Source: Gemmatimonadales bacterium
Lineage (GTDB): Bacteria > Gemmatimonadota > Gemmatimonadetes > Gemmatimonadales > GWC2-71-9
Direction of reading: 5' to 3'
Length of the DNA stretch: 64,000 nucleotides
Assembly (NCBI GenBank): GCA_035526925.1
Contig: DATLBL010000100.1
Span: 37,570-101,569, forward strand
Positions 24,393-35,407 of the stretch are shown piece by piece. The position numbers and the translations under genes were made by a program. Within the stretch, counting starts at the first letter, position 1, and every line of letters starts with the position of its first letter. The notes below the pieces were generated by a model. That model searched no databases. It was not told the DNA's origin and worked only from the letters and a program-made list of their open reading frames with translations.

Positions 24393-24962
24393 TTGGGGAT
24401 GACCGGATTCTGGGGGACTGCCATGCACGCGCAGGAGCATTCGACGTTTCGCGAGGGGCTCATCACCGGTGCGATCGGCGCGCTTATCGTCGCGGTGTGG
24501 TACTTCATCGTCGACACCGCCGGCGGGCAGCCGTTCCACACGCCGAACACCCTCGGGAAGATCTTCTTCCGCGGCGATCTGGCGCCCGGTGTCCGTCGGA
24601 TCATCCCCGAGGTGGTGCTCGGCTACACCGTCTTCCATCTCATGGTGTATGCGCTGATCGGCATGGGGCTCACGCTGCTGGTCCACCTGGCGACCCGCAA
24701 TCTGGCACTCCGCATGGGCGTGTGGATCGGGCTGGTGGTGGCGTTCGGCCTCTTCGCCGGCCTCACCTACATGCTGGGCACGGCGACGGGCGAGCGATTG
24801 TCGCCGTGGCCGGTGATCAGCGGCAGTCTGCTGGGCGTCTTGGGGATGGCCGGCTACCTCTGGCGCCGCCACCCCACGTTCGGCCGGTCCTTCGATGAGG
24901 CGGCACTCGGCGACGAGGTGAGCAGCCCGCCACATCCGCCGGACGGCTCCAGAGCCGCCTGA
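24393..24962 (+). CDS. uncharacterised polytopic membrane protein (paralog 1)
   Basis: It has about four hydrophobic helices and is homologous to the next gene (shared G.PF.TP..LG, IGMGL..LVH and AGYLWRRHP.F). The start may be the internal ATG at 24423. Confidence 0.6.
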   Translation: MGMTGFWGTAMHAQEHSTFREGLITGAIGALIVAVWYFIVDTAGGQPFHTPNTLGKIFFRGDLAPGVRRIIPEVVLGYTVFHLMVYALIGMGLTLLVHLATRNLALRMGVWIGLVVAFGLFAGLTYMLGTATGERLSPWPVISGSLLGVLGMAGYLWRRHPTFGRSFDEAALGDEVSSPPHPPDGSRAA

Positions 24963-25107
24963 CCCCGAACGCCTTGCGCGGCCGGGCCCCGCATCCCACT
25001 GTGAAGGAACGCCGTGACATCCCGGTGCCCGCGGATCCGGGCCTGCGGGCCGCGGTCTGGAAGGCCAGACTCGCGGAGACTCTGCCCGGAGTGAGCCGGA
25101 GGTTGCC

Positions 25108-25611
25108 ATGCCGGAGAGCCGTCACTCGGTCATCGGCGAAGGTACGGATGTCGGACTGATCGGCGGGATGGCCGTGGCCGTGTGGTTCCTGCTGCTCGAC
25201 TCCCTCGCCGGGCACCCGTTCCAGACCCCGAGCCTGCTCGGCCAGACCGTGCTCCTCGGCGACCGTGCGCCGGAAACCGGCCAGATCGCCTTCGGTGCCA
25301 TCCTGATCTACACCGCGTTCCACTTCATCGTGTTCGCGCTGGTCGGCATGGGGCTCGTGGCGCTGGTCCACTGGGCGATCGAGAATCCCGTCGTGCGGTA
25401 CGCGCTACTGCCCGTGTTCCTCGTCTTCGAAGTGATGTTTTACGGCTTTCTCTCGATCTTCTCGGAACGGACCCACGAGCTGTTTCCGTTCTGGGCCGTC
25501 GTGTCCGCCAACACCCTCGCGGCCGTCTGCATGGCCGCCTACCTCTGGCGCCGCCACCCGGCCTTTCGCCAGTCGATTCACGACACTCCTCTCGGAGCGG
25601 CACCGTCCTGA
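25108..25611 (+). CDS. uncharacterised polytopic membrane protein (paralog 2)
   Basis: 167 aa with GGAGG 5 nt upstream of the ATG. It aligns by eye with paralog 1 along its whole length. Confidence 0.6.
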   Translation: MPESRHSVIGEGTDVGLIGGMAVAVWFLLLDSLAGHPFQTPSLLGQTVLLGDRAPETGQIAFGAILIYTAFHFIVFALVGMGLVALVHWAIENPVVRYALLPVFLVFEVMFYGFLSIFSERTHELFPFWAVVSANTLAAVCMAAYLWRRHPAFRQSIHDTPLGAAPS

Positions 25612-25726
25612 CGGGCCGCGCCCTCGCGTCATGAGGAGGGCGGGGTAGGGCGTTCGGCCCGCTCCGCCTTCTCCGCCTTCTTTACCCTGTATACCTTCCT
25701 GCCTCACCACTTTCGGCTGGGGGTCC

Positions 25727-28210
25727 GTGCGCCGCCCGCTTTCCCTCGCGATCACCCTTCTCCTTCTCCTAGTTCCCGTCGCGCCGCTTTCGGCACAGCT
25801 CGAGCCGCCGTCCACCGGCGGCGTCGTCGCGCTCGACCGCGAGCTTCGGATGCTCGGGCACGAGAAGCGGGTGCTGATGATCGGCGCGCATCCGGACGAC
25901 GAGGACACCGAGCTGCTGACCCTGCTGGTGCGCGGCGCGGGCGCGGAGGCGGCCTATCTGTCCCTCAACCGGGGAGAAGGTGGCCAGAACCTCATCGGGC
26001 CCGAGCTCGGCGAGGCGCTGGGCATCCTGCGGACCGAGGAGCTGCTCGCCGCGCGGCGGCTGGACGGCGCGCGGCAGTTCTTCACCCGCGCCTACGACTT
26101 CGGCTATTCGAAGACTCTCGAGGACACGTGGGGTCACTGGCCGCAGGACTCGATCCTGAAGGATGTCGTCCGGATCGTCCGACGGTTTCGCCCGCAGATC
26201 GTCGTCGCGGTCTTCAGCGGCACGCCGAAGGACGGACATGGCCAGCATCAGGCCGCGGGCTGGGTGGCGCAGGCGGCCTTTCGGGCCGCGGGCGACTCTG
26301 CGCGCTTTCCGGAGTTGTCACGGGAGGAGAAACTCGGACCCTGGACGCCCACGAAGCTCTATCGCAGCACGCGCTACGACACCACGGCGACGACCGTCAC
26401 CTTGGAGGGCGGGGCGCTCGATCGGGCGGCGGGACTGTCCTATCACCAGATCGCCATGGCCGGCCGGAGCCTGCATCGGTCGCAGGACATGGGCAGGATC
26501 CAGAGTCTCGGCCCGTCGCGGATCCGGCTCGCCCTGCTCGAGGATCGGACGGGGCGGGCCGCCGGCGAGCTGTTCGCGGGGGTGGACACCACGTCGCGCG
26601 CATCCGGCGCGGCGGCGCGCGCGAGTGATGCCGATCCCGACACGCTGCTGGCGCTCCGCCGGAGGTGGGCGCAAGCCGGCGTCTCCGCCGATCAGCTCGC
26701 CCATCTCGACCGGGCCGCCGTGCAGGCCGCAGGGCTCGTGTGTGACGCACGGAGCGACGACGATCGCGTGGTGTCCGGCCAGCGCGTCGAAGTCACGCTC
26801 GAGTGTTGGAACACCGGCGCGAGACCGAGGCGGGTAGTGGCGTCGCTCCACGGCGCGCGCGGCATGCGCGTCGAAGGCGATACCGCCATGGCGTTCAGCC
26901 TCGGCCCGGGCGAGCTGTCGGCCAGGCAGGTTGGCGTGCGGGTCGGAGCCGACGCGCCGCTCAGCAGCCCCTATTTCCGGCTGACCACCGCGGAGGCGGG
27001 GTTGTACGATTGGGCCGGGGCAGCGCCCGAGGTACGGGGCGTGCCGTTCGCCGGGGCCGAGCTGACCGGATCGTTCGTGCTCGATGATGTGGCCGGGTAT
27101 GATCGGGAGGTGACGCTTCGGGTGAACGATCAGGCCCGGGGCGAGGTGCGCCGACCGGTGAGCATCGTGCCACGGGTCGACGTGGCGGTCGAGCCGGCGA
27201 CCGAGCTCTGGCCGGCCGACGCGCGGGCGCCACGACGGTTTACCGTCACGCTGGTGCATGGTGCGCGCGACACGACCGCGGGGACCGTCACGCTCGAGGT
27301 ACCGCCCGGCTGGCCCGCGGTCCGTGCCCAATCCTTCCGCTTCGCGCGTGAGGACGAGCGCGAGACGTTCGCGTTCGATCTTCGCGCGCCGGCGTCGGCG
27401 CGCGGAACCATCCGGGTTCGGGCGGTGGCGCGCGACCTGGCCGGCCGGCGATACGACGTGGGGGTAGCCTCGATCGACTACTCCCACATCCGCCCCCGCA
27501 GCTACCTGCGGCCGGCGATCGCCACCTTGCGGGTGTCCCCGTTGGCGCTCCCGGCGCTCCGCCGCATCGGGTACGTGCGCGGGGCCGCCGACCGCGTCCC
27601 CGAGGCGCTGCAGGGCGCCGGCCTCCCCGTGACGGTGCTCGATGCGGTGAGCCTCGAGAGCGGCGATCTCGCGAAGTTCGATGTCATCGTCGTGGGTCCG
27701 CGTGCGTACGAGACCGAGCCCGCGCTCGTCGCCGCCAATGGCCGGCTGCTCGGCTTCGTCCGGCGCGGCGGGCTGGTCGTCGTGCAGTACCAGCAGCAGC
27801 GCTTTTTCGAAGAGCGGTATGCGCCGTATCCGCTCACGGTCGGCGGACCCTCCACGCGGCCGGGACTGCAGCCCGTGAGTCATGACCGCGTCACGGAGGA
27901 GACGGCGCCCGTGCGGCTGCTCGCCCCGGCGGATCCCGCGTTTCGAACGCCGAACCGGCTGGGGGACGCGGACTGGGAGGGCTGGGTGCAGGAGCGCGGG
28001 CTCTACTTCGCCCGGAGCTGGGATCGAGCGTATCGTCCGCTGCTCGAGATGCACGACGCGGGCGAGGGGCGGCTCGAGGGCGGGTTGCTCGTCGCCCGGG
28101 TGGGCCGGGGCACGTACGTGTACACCGGCGTGAGCTTCTTCCGTCAGCTTCCGGCCGGCGTGCCGGGCGCATTCCGGCTGTTCGCGAACCTGCTCGCGCT
28201 CAAGCCATGA
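25727..28210 (+). CDS. secreted large PIG-L/LmbE-family deacetylase with a C-terminal extension
   Basis: Signal peptide MRRPLSLAITLLLLLVPVAPLSAQ. PIG-L motifs are VLMIGAHPDDEDTELL and HGQHQAAG. The 827-aa architecture is as seen in FCB-group PIG-L proteins. GTG start. Confidence 0.78.
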   Translation: MRRPLSLAITLLLLLVPVAPLSAQLEPPSTGGVVALDRELRMLGHEKRVLMIGAHPDDEDTELLTLLVRGAGAEAAYLSLNRGEGGQNLIGPELGEALGILRTEELLAARRLDGARQFFTRAYDFGYSKTLEDTWGHWPQDSILKDVVRIVRRFRPQIVVAVFSGTPKDGHGQHQAAGWVAQAAFRAAGDSARFPELSREEKLGPWTPTKLYRSTRYDTTATTVTLEGGALDRAAGLSYHQIAMAGRSLHRSQDMGRIQSLGPSRIRLALLEDRTGRAAGELFAGVDTTSRASGAAARASDADPDTLLALRRRWAQAGVSADQLAHLDRAAVQAAGLVCDARSDDDRVVSGQRVEVTLECWNTGARPRRVVASLHGARGMRVEGDTAMAFSLGPGELSARQVGVRVGADAPLSSPYFRLTTAEAGLYDWAGAAPEVRGVPFAGAELTGSFVLDDVAGYDREVTLRVNDQARGEVRRPVSIVPRVDVAVEPATELWPADARAPRRFTVTLVHGARDTTAGTVTLEVPPGWPAVRAQSFRFAREDERETFAFDLRAPASARGTIRVRAVARDLAGRRYDVGVASIDYSHIRPRSYLRPAIATLRVSPLALPALRRIGYVRGAADRVPEALQGAGLPVTVLDAVSLESGDLAKFDVIVVGPRAYETEPALVAANGRLLGFVRRGGLVVVQYQQQRFFEERYAPYPLTVGGPSTRPGLQPVSHDRVTEETAPVRLLAPADPAFRTPNRLGDADWEGWVQERGLYFARSWDRAYRPLLEMHDAGEGRLEGGLLVARVGRGTYVYTGVSFFRQLPAGVPGAFRLFANLLALKP

Positions 28211-29255
28211 GGCGCCGCAGGGCGTCGCGCCTGCTCATCGTCGGCCTCGCCGGCATGGCGGCCCTCGTGTCGTGCGGCGACGGCCGGACCCCGGTCGTGG
28301 TCTACTCTCCGCACGGCCGTGACCAGCTCACCCTGCTCGAGCATGCGTTCGAGAGGCTGCGTCCGGATGTGGACGTGCGGTGGCTCGACATGGGCTCGCA
28401 GGAGATCCTCGACCGGCTGCGGTTCGAGCGGGTGAATCCGCAGGCGGACGTCTGGTTCGGCGGGCCGACCACGATCTTCGACCGCGGGGCGCGAGACTCG
28501 CTGCTGGCGCCCTACCGGCCGGCCTGGGCACACCGGGTCGGGCCGCGGGGAGTCGGCGCGGGCGACCGCTACTATCCGGCCTACCGTACGCCGGCGGTGA
28601 TCGCGTTCAACAGCCGCCTCGTTCCTCGCGACGAAGCGCCGCGCGACTGGGATGCGGTGCTCGAGCCGCGCTGGTTCGACAAGGTCCTCATCCGCGACCC
28701 GATGGCGAGCGGCACGATGCGCGCCATCTGGGGGCTCGTGATCGAGCGCAGCCTGCGCACGACCGGCGACACCGCCCGTGGCATGGCGTGGCTCCGGCGG
28801 CTGGACGGCCAAACCAAGGCGTACGCGCTCAATCCCGCCATCCTCGATGCCCGGCTCGCGCGGGGCGAGGGCCTGGTCACGCTGTGGGACCTGCCGGATA
28901 TCCTGATCAGTCGGGCCAAGGGGATGCCGTTCGACTACGTCTTTCCGCGGAGCGGCACAGTGGTCATCGACGACGCCATCGGGCTCGTGCGCGGGTCGCG
29001 CCATGGAGAGGCGGCGCGCGCCTTCATCGACTACGTCGGCAGCGTGGAGGGCCAGCTGCTCGCGGCCGAGAAGGTGTTCCGCCTGCCCTCGCGCCACGAT
29101 CTCCCGGTCGAGCGCGTGCCGGCGTGGGTGGCTGGCGTGGAGCGCGAGATGATCGTCTCCGACGTCGACTGGGAGCGGCTCGCACGTGACGGGCCGTCGT
29201 GGATGGGCTACTGGGACCGGCATGTCCGGGGCACCGGTCGGCGTGGGCCACGCCC

Positions 29256-29259
<4 letters not shown>
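28207..29259 (+). CDS. ABC transporter substrate-binding lipoprotein (Fe3+/thiamine/polyamine-type family 1 SBP)
   Basis: Lipobox ALVSCGDG. VVVYSPHGRDQ...NPQADVWFGG is typical of AfuA/FbpA-like SBPs. Its ATG overlaps the PIG-L stop (ATGA). Confidence 0.75.
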
Positions 29260-30325
<1,066 letters not shown>

Positions 30326-30329
<4 letters not shown>

Positions 30330-31987
30330 AAATCGCCTCGGTCCGGGTGCGCGCACCCGCCGCCATCCTCCTCGCGGGGCTCGTCTGGCTGGTGGCGTAC
30401 CCGCTGGTGCTGGTGCTGCTCGAAGGCGTGCGCGAGCCGTCCGGGTGGACGCTCGACTATGCGCGCCTGTTCTTCGCGCGGCCCACCGAATGGCGCGCGC
30501 TGTGGGGCAGCCTCTGGATCTCGGTAGCCAGCGTAGGGCTGGCGGCCCTCATCGGCATTCCGCTCGCATTCCTGTTCGCCCGCTACGACCTTCCCGGGGG
30601 CCGCATCCTCGGTGGGCTCGTCGCCCTGCCTGCGGTGCTGCCGCCGCTGGTGGGCGTGCTCGCGTTTCTCTTTCTCTATGGGGAGACCGGCTTCGTCTCA
30701 CTGCTGATCCAGCGCCTGTTCGGGCTCGTCGACCCGCCATGGCGGCTGCAGGGCGCCGGGGCCATCCTGCTCGTGCACGCCTATTCGATGTACGTGTACT
30801 TCTACCTCTTCGTGCGCGCGGCGCTGCAATCGCTCGACGCCTCGCTCTACGAGGCGGCCGCCAGTCTGGGGGCGGGCCGCTGGCGGACGCTCCGGCTCGT
30901 GGTGCTGCCGCAGCTCTATCCCGCGCTCGGTGGCGCGGCCCTCCTCACCTTCATGACCGCGCTCGCCTCGTTCAGTGCCCCCTACATTTTCGGTGGCGGG
31001 TTCCGTGTCATGCCCACGCAGATCGTCGCCACCCGCCTTAACGGTGATGACCGGCTCGCGATGGTGGAAACAATTTCGCTTACGATCCTGGCGCTGGCGG
31101 CGCTCTGGCTGTTTCGGGGGGCCCGGGCGGTGGACACCGCGGCGGGCGGACGGAAGGGTGCCGCGCCGGCGCGCATCCCGGTCCGGCGGCGCTCGGTGCG
31201 GCTGCTGCTGGCGGTCATCGGCTGGGCGCTCGCCGCGGTGCTCCTGCTGCCGCACCTCACACTGCTCCTGGTGTCGTTCGTGCCGCTCGGGACCTGGACG
31301 ACGGAGCCATTTCCACCCGCCTATACGCTTCGGAATTACGTGACGCTGGTGCAGGATCCCGTGCGCGCCCGGCCCTTGCTCAACAGCCTCTGGCTCGCCA
31401 CGCTGGCGACCACGGCGGCAGTGGTCATCGCCCTGGCCGGCGCGATCCTGAGCGTGCGGCGGCGGGTCCGGGGGGGCCGGGCCATCGAGCTTCTCCTGGC
31501 GCTGCCGTGGGCGGTCCCGGGCACCGTCTTTGCCATCGCGCTGGCCACCGCGTTCAGCGTGCAATCTCCCTGGACCGGGCGGTTCGTGCTCGTCGGCACG
31601 CTCTGGATCCTTCCGCTCGCATATCTCGTACGGAATCTACCGATCACCAGCCGGGCCCTCCTGTCCGGCGTACGCGCGCTCGATCCATCGCTGGACGAGG
31701 CGGCCGCCACGCTTGGCGCCGGGCGCGGGCGCACGCTCCGCCGAATCACTCTGCCGCTCCTTCGGCCGGCCCTGCTGGCGGGGGCGAGCCTCGCATTCGT
31801 GACCGCCTTCGGGGATTTCGTCACGTCGATCATGCTCTACACCTACGACACGCGTCCGATCTCGCTCGAGATCCTGTCGAGCCTGCGCCAGTCCGACGTG
31901 GGCGTCGCCGCGGCGTACGGCGTGGTGCTGATGCTGGTCAGCGCCGCCGTGTTCGCGCTCGGGGCGGACCGCGGCGGCGCGGGATGA
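30326..31987 (+). CDS. fused two-domain ABC transporter permease (FbpB/ThiP-like)
   Basis: The ATG at 30326 overlaps the ATPase stop (ATGA). At about 553 aa it has two repeats of the EAA-loop region (LYEAAASLGAGRWRTLRLVVLP and LDEAAATLGAGRGRTLRRITLP). Confidence 0.85.
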
Positions 31988-33180
31988 CAGGATCGGACGC
32001 CACCAACCGGACAGGGTTCCGGCGCCTCGCGGTTCTCATTTTCGTCTGTTTCGTCGATGCCATCGGTTTCATGATCATCCTGCCGCTGCTGCCGTTCTAT
32101 GCGACGCGGCTGCAGGCGACGCCCGAGGTCGTCGGCTGGCTCATCGCCGCGTTCGCCGTCGCTCAGCTGCTGTCGGCGCCGGTCTGGGGGCAGGTGTCCG
32201 ACCGGTACGGGCGCCGGCCGGCGCTGATGAGTGGACTCGCCGCGTCGGCGGTGGCCTACGCCGTGTTCGGCTTCGCGGACGCGGTCTGGCTGCTGTTCGC
32301 GTCGCGCGTCGTGCAGGGAGCCGGCGGAGGCACGACCGGCGTGGCCCAGGCCTACGTGGCCGACACGGTGGAGCCCAAGGACCGGGCTCGCGCCCTGGGC
32401 TGGCTCTCGTCCGCGACGGCCGCCGGGGTGATCCTCGGCCCGGCCATCGGATCCTTTACCGCGACGCTCGGGCCCACGGCCCCCGGCCTCGTGGCATCGG
32501 CGCTGTGCGTGGTGAACCTTGCCTTCGCGTGGCGCTGGCTGGCGGAGTCACGCCCGGGACAGCGCCGCGACGGTTCGGCGCCCCGGAAACCGATCTGGCA
32601 CCCCGCCTGGCTCGTCGTGCGCCATCCGACCCAGCTGGTGCCCCGTCTGATCTGGATCTACGGCGTCGGCATGATCGCCTTCTCGGCGATGACGTCGGTG
32701 CTGGCGCTCTACCTGCAGGCCAGGTTCGGACTCACCGAAAAGACCATCGGGCCAATCTTCACGTACGTCGGCGTGCTCTCCCTGGTCATGCGGAGCGTGC
32801 TCCTCGGTCCCATCGTCGACCGCCTCGGCGAGCGCTGGACCATGCGGCTCGGTACCCTGCTTCTCGCCGCGGGGCTTCTGCTGTATCCTATTCCCCATAC
32901 CCTCTGGGCTCTCGCGGCCGTCATTCCCCTCGTGCCGATCGGCACGGCGCTCCTGTTCCCGGCGACGACTTCGCTGATGTCGCGCTACACCGACGCGCGC
33001 GAGCTGGGGACGACGATGGGTGTGGCCCAGACGTTCGCGGGGCTGGCGAGAGTCGTCGCGCCGTTGGTGGCGACCACGATATTCCAGCGGGTCGGGCATG
33101 GATGGCCGTTCTACGTCGCCGGCGGGGTCGTGGCACTCGCGGGCGTGCTCACCTTGCAGGTTCCCCACGAACCAGGCTGA
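31984..33180 (+). CDS. MFS transporter (DHA/TetA-like)
   Basis: The ATG at 31984 overlaps the permease stop (ATGA). It carries the motif GQVSDRYGRRPALM and about 12 hydrophobic helices. Confidence 0.85.
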   Translation: MTGSDATNRTGFRRLAVLIFVCFVDAIGFMIILPLLPFYATRLQATPEVVGWLIAAFAVAQLLSAPVWGQVSDRYGRRPALMSGLAASAVAYAVFGFADAVWLLFASRVVQGAGGGTTGVAQAYVADTVEPKDRARALGWLSSATAAGVILGPAIGSFTATLGPTAPGLVASALCVVNLAFAWRWLAESRPGQRRDGSAPRKPIWHPAWLVVRHPTQLVPRLIWIYGVGMIAFSAMTSVLALYLQARFGLTEKTIGPIFTYVGVLSLVMRSVLLGPIVDRLGERWTMRLGTLLLAAGLLLYPIPHTLWALAAVIPLVPIGTALLFPATTSLMSRYTDARELGTTMGVAQTFAGLARVVAPLVATTIFQRVGHGWPFYVAGGVVALAGVLTLQVPHEPG

Positions 33181-33222
33181 TCGCTCGAGCGTGGAGGAGG
33201 CCGGCGCAATGAGAGTCTTCTC

Positions 33223-35181
33223 GTGAGTACCGATGACCGCCTCGAGCGACTCGAACACCGTATGGCGGTGCTCGAGACGCTCGTCCGCCAGATTGCGGCG
33301 GGGAGCGTCGCGCGAGGCGCCGGTCCCGCGCCGGCGGCTCCGGTGCCGGCCGAGGTTCCGGTTCGAGCGGTCGATGCCGCCGCGGCACCGGCATCGCCGG
33401 GAGCCGCAACCCCTCCGGTCGTGAAGGCTCAATCTCCGGGCGTGGGTCCGTTGCCGCCCGCGCCAAGCGCTACGATCTCCGGCCCTCGCGCGGCTTCCAT
33501 CGACTCCGAGCGCTGGATCGGCCAGCGGGTATTTCTCGGCATCGGCGTGGTGGCCCTGCTGCTCGCCGCCGGCTACCTGCTGAAGCTGTCGTTCGACCGC
33601 AACTGGATCTCGCCGGCCATGCGTTGTCTGGGCGGCGTGCTCGCGGGTGTGGCCGTGGGAGCGCTGGGGTGGCGACTCGAGCCGCGATATCGAACGTATG
33701 GGGCTTCGCTGATCGGTGCCGGGGCCGGGATCATCTACCTGAGCATCTGGGCCGCCTCGAAGCTGTATGGGGTGCTCCCGTCCGCGAGCGGCATCGTGGG
33801 CCTGGCGCTCGTCTCGATCGCTCTCGCGATGATCGCGTACGCCATCAACGTCGAGGCCCTCGGCGTCACCGCGGCGCTCGGCGCGTTCTTCGCCCCGGTG
33901 CTGCTGGGCCAGGATCGCAACAATGCCGACCTGCTGCTGCTGTACCTCGCGAGCATGGCGGCCGGACTCGGGCTCGTGGCGGCGCGCCGGCGCTGGCGCC
34001 TGGCGGCATTCGTCGTGGCCGCCAGCTACTTCGGCGTCGGCACCGTGGGCGCCGCCGACCAGGCGCACCCCTGGGGTGTGCTGCTGTTCGGCCTGCTCGG
34101 TGGAACCGCAGGACTCTACGTCGGACTGCGGGAGCGCTGGTGGGAGACGCGGCTTCTCACTTTCTCGGGTGGATGGACACTGCTGGCCGCGGCGGGCCAG
34201 CGCATCCCCGAACACTGGGCGGTGCTCGTGGCGGGCCTCATCCTCTCGATACCGATCTGGTGGCATGGTCTCAAACGGCCGACGGTCCTACCGATCCAGC
34301 TCGTCTCGCAAGCCGGTACCACAGGCTGGTCCGCCGGGGAGGCGCTCTACTTCTTCGTCACCCCTCTCCTGCTCGGCTGGGCGGTGCACGGGCTCGACCC
34401 GGGCGGGTTCGATGCCGAGCCTTGGCAGGTCCCGCTGATCATCGCGGTGCCATATCTGTTGGCGGGATATGCCGGTGTCCGCCCGGCGTTCGCGGCTGTC
34501 GGCGCAGCAGCATTGGGCGTGGCCGCCGTGCAGCGCTGGGGCGGGGTCGGTCAGGTCTGGGCTCTCCTGGCGCTCGCGCTGCTGTGGCCGGCGCTCGACC
34601 TGCGCCTGGGCCGTTCCGATGGCCGGTGGTATGGCCTGCTCACGTTGGCTGCCGCGCTGCAGCAGCTCTTCGATGGCGCGGCCGGCACACGGGGCGCCGC
34701 CGACGACGCCTTTGTCGGTCCGTGGGCGCTGGCGCTGTGGGGCGGAGTGCTGGTGACGGCCGCGTACGCCGCCCGGCTCTGGCGGGTGGATGGTGCGCGC
34801 GAAGACATGCGGCTCATCCGCGCCGGGCTATGGATAGTGGCGGGCGGCATGGCGCTCTTCGGCGTCACGGGCGAGCTGCGGCGCTACTTCGAGCTTCGGA
34901 GCCTCGATGCCCAGACGGCGAGCTTGGCCTCGGGTCTCGCGGTCAGCGCGTGGTGGCTCCTCTTTGCGGCCGGACTGGTGACGCTCGGCTTCCGTCTTTC
35001 CCTGCAGCAGGCGCGAGTCGCGGGCCTTGCCGTGGCCGGCCTAGCCGTCACCAAGGTCGTGGTGTTCGACCTGTCCACGCTCGACGCGCTGTATCGGGTC
35101 GGGTCGGTGTTCCTCCTCGCGCTCGTCGCGCTCTCGCTCGCTTACCTCTACTATCGCCACGATCGGAGCGAGCAGGCGTGA
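33223..35181 (+). CDS. DUF2339-like polytopic membrane protein
   Basis: 652 aa with an N-terminal coiled-coil (DRLERLEHRMAVLETLVRQI), a Pro/Ala-rich linker and many TM helices. Confidence 0.6.
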   Translation: MSTDDRLERLEHRMAVLETLVRQIAAGSVARGAGPAPAAPVPAEVPVRAVDAAAAPASPGAATPPVVKAQSPGVGPLPPAPSATISGPRAASIDSERWIGQRVFLGIGVVALLLAAGYLLKLSFDRNWISPAMRCLGGVLAGVAVGALGWRLEPRYRTYGASLIGAGAGIIYLSIWAASKLYGVLPSASGIVGLALVSIALAMIAYAINVEALGVTAALGAFFAPVLLGQDRNNADLLLLYLASMAAGLGLVAARRRWRLAAFVVAASYFGVGTVGAADQAHPWGVLLFGLLGGTAGLYVGLRERWWETRLLTFSGGWTLLAAAGQRIPEHWAVLVAGLILSIPIWWHGLKRPTVLPIQLVSQAGTTGWSAGEALYFFVTPLLLGWAVHGLDPGGFDAEPWQVPLIIAVPYLLAGYAGVRPAFAAVGAAALGVAAVQRWGGVGQVWALLALALLWPALDLRLGRSDGRWYGLLTLAAALQQLFDGAAGTRGAADDAFVGPWALALWGGVLVTAAYAARLWRVDGAREDMRLIRAGLWIVAGGMALFGVTGELRRYFELRSLDAQTASLASGLAVSAWWLLFAAGLVTLGFRLSLQQARVAGLAVAGLAVTKVVVFDLSTLDALYRVGSVFLLALVALSLAYLYYRHDRSEQA

Positions 35182-35407
35182 GCCGGCGATCGATCGGGCG
35201 CTACCGGCGGTCGGCACGATCGACCCCGCGCTCCGCCGCCGAGCTGGCCACGATCGTCCGGCGGCAGGCCGGGACTCGACCGCGCGAGAGTACTCCGGCG
35301 CGCTTGGCCGGACAGCCCATTCCTAGATCCCTCGGGTTCTAACCGGCGCGACCTTCTTCCCGCCAACTCTCGTTCCAAGCGCAGCGAGCCATCGGCCCGG
35401 CCGTAGG

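Noticed and set aside
25612-25726. TPP or other riboswitch upstream of the PIG-L/ABC operon
   Set aside because: No CUGAGA/ACCUGA-type TPP core is present. There is only a short CGCCCTC/GAGGGCG hairpin, most simply a terminator for the preceding gene.
32548-34266. 572-aa ORF antisense to the MFS and DUF2339 genes, and other long alternate-frame ORFs across the window (for example 48714..50570, 29186..31987 5' part, 17803..19839 5' part)
   Set aside because: They are compositionally biased (R/G/P/A) and overlap genes with clear family motifs or membrane topology. Where a 3' part is real, I re-set the start.
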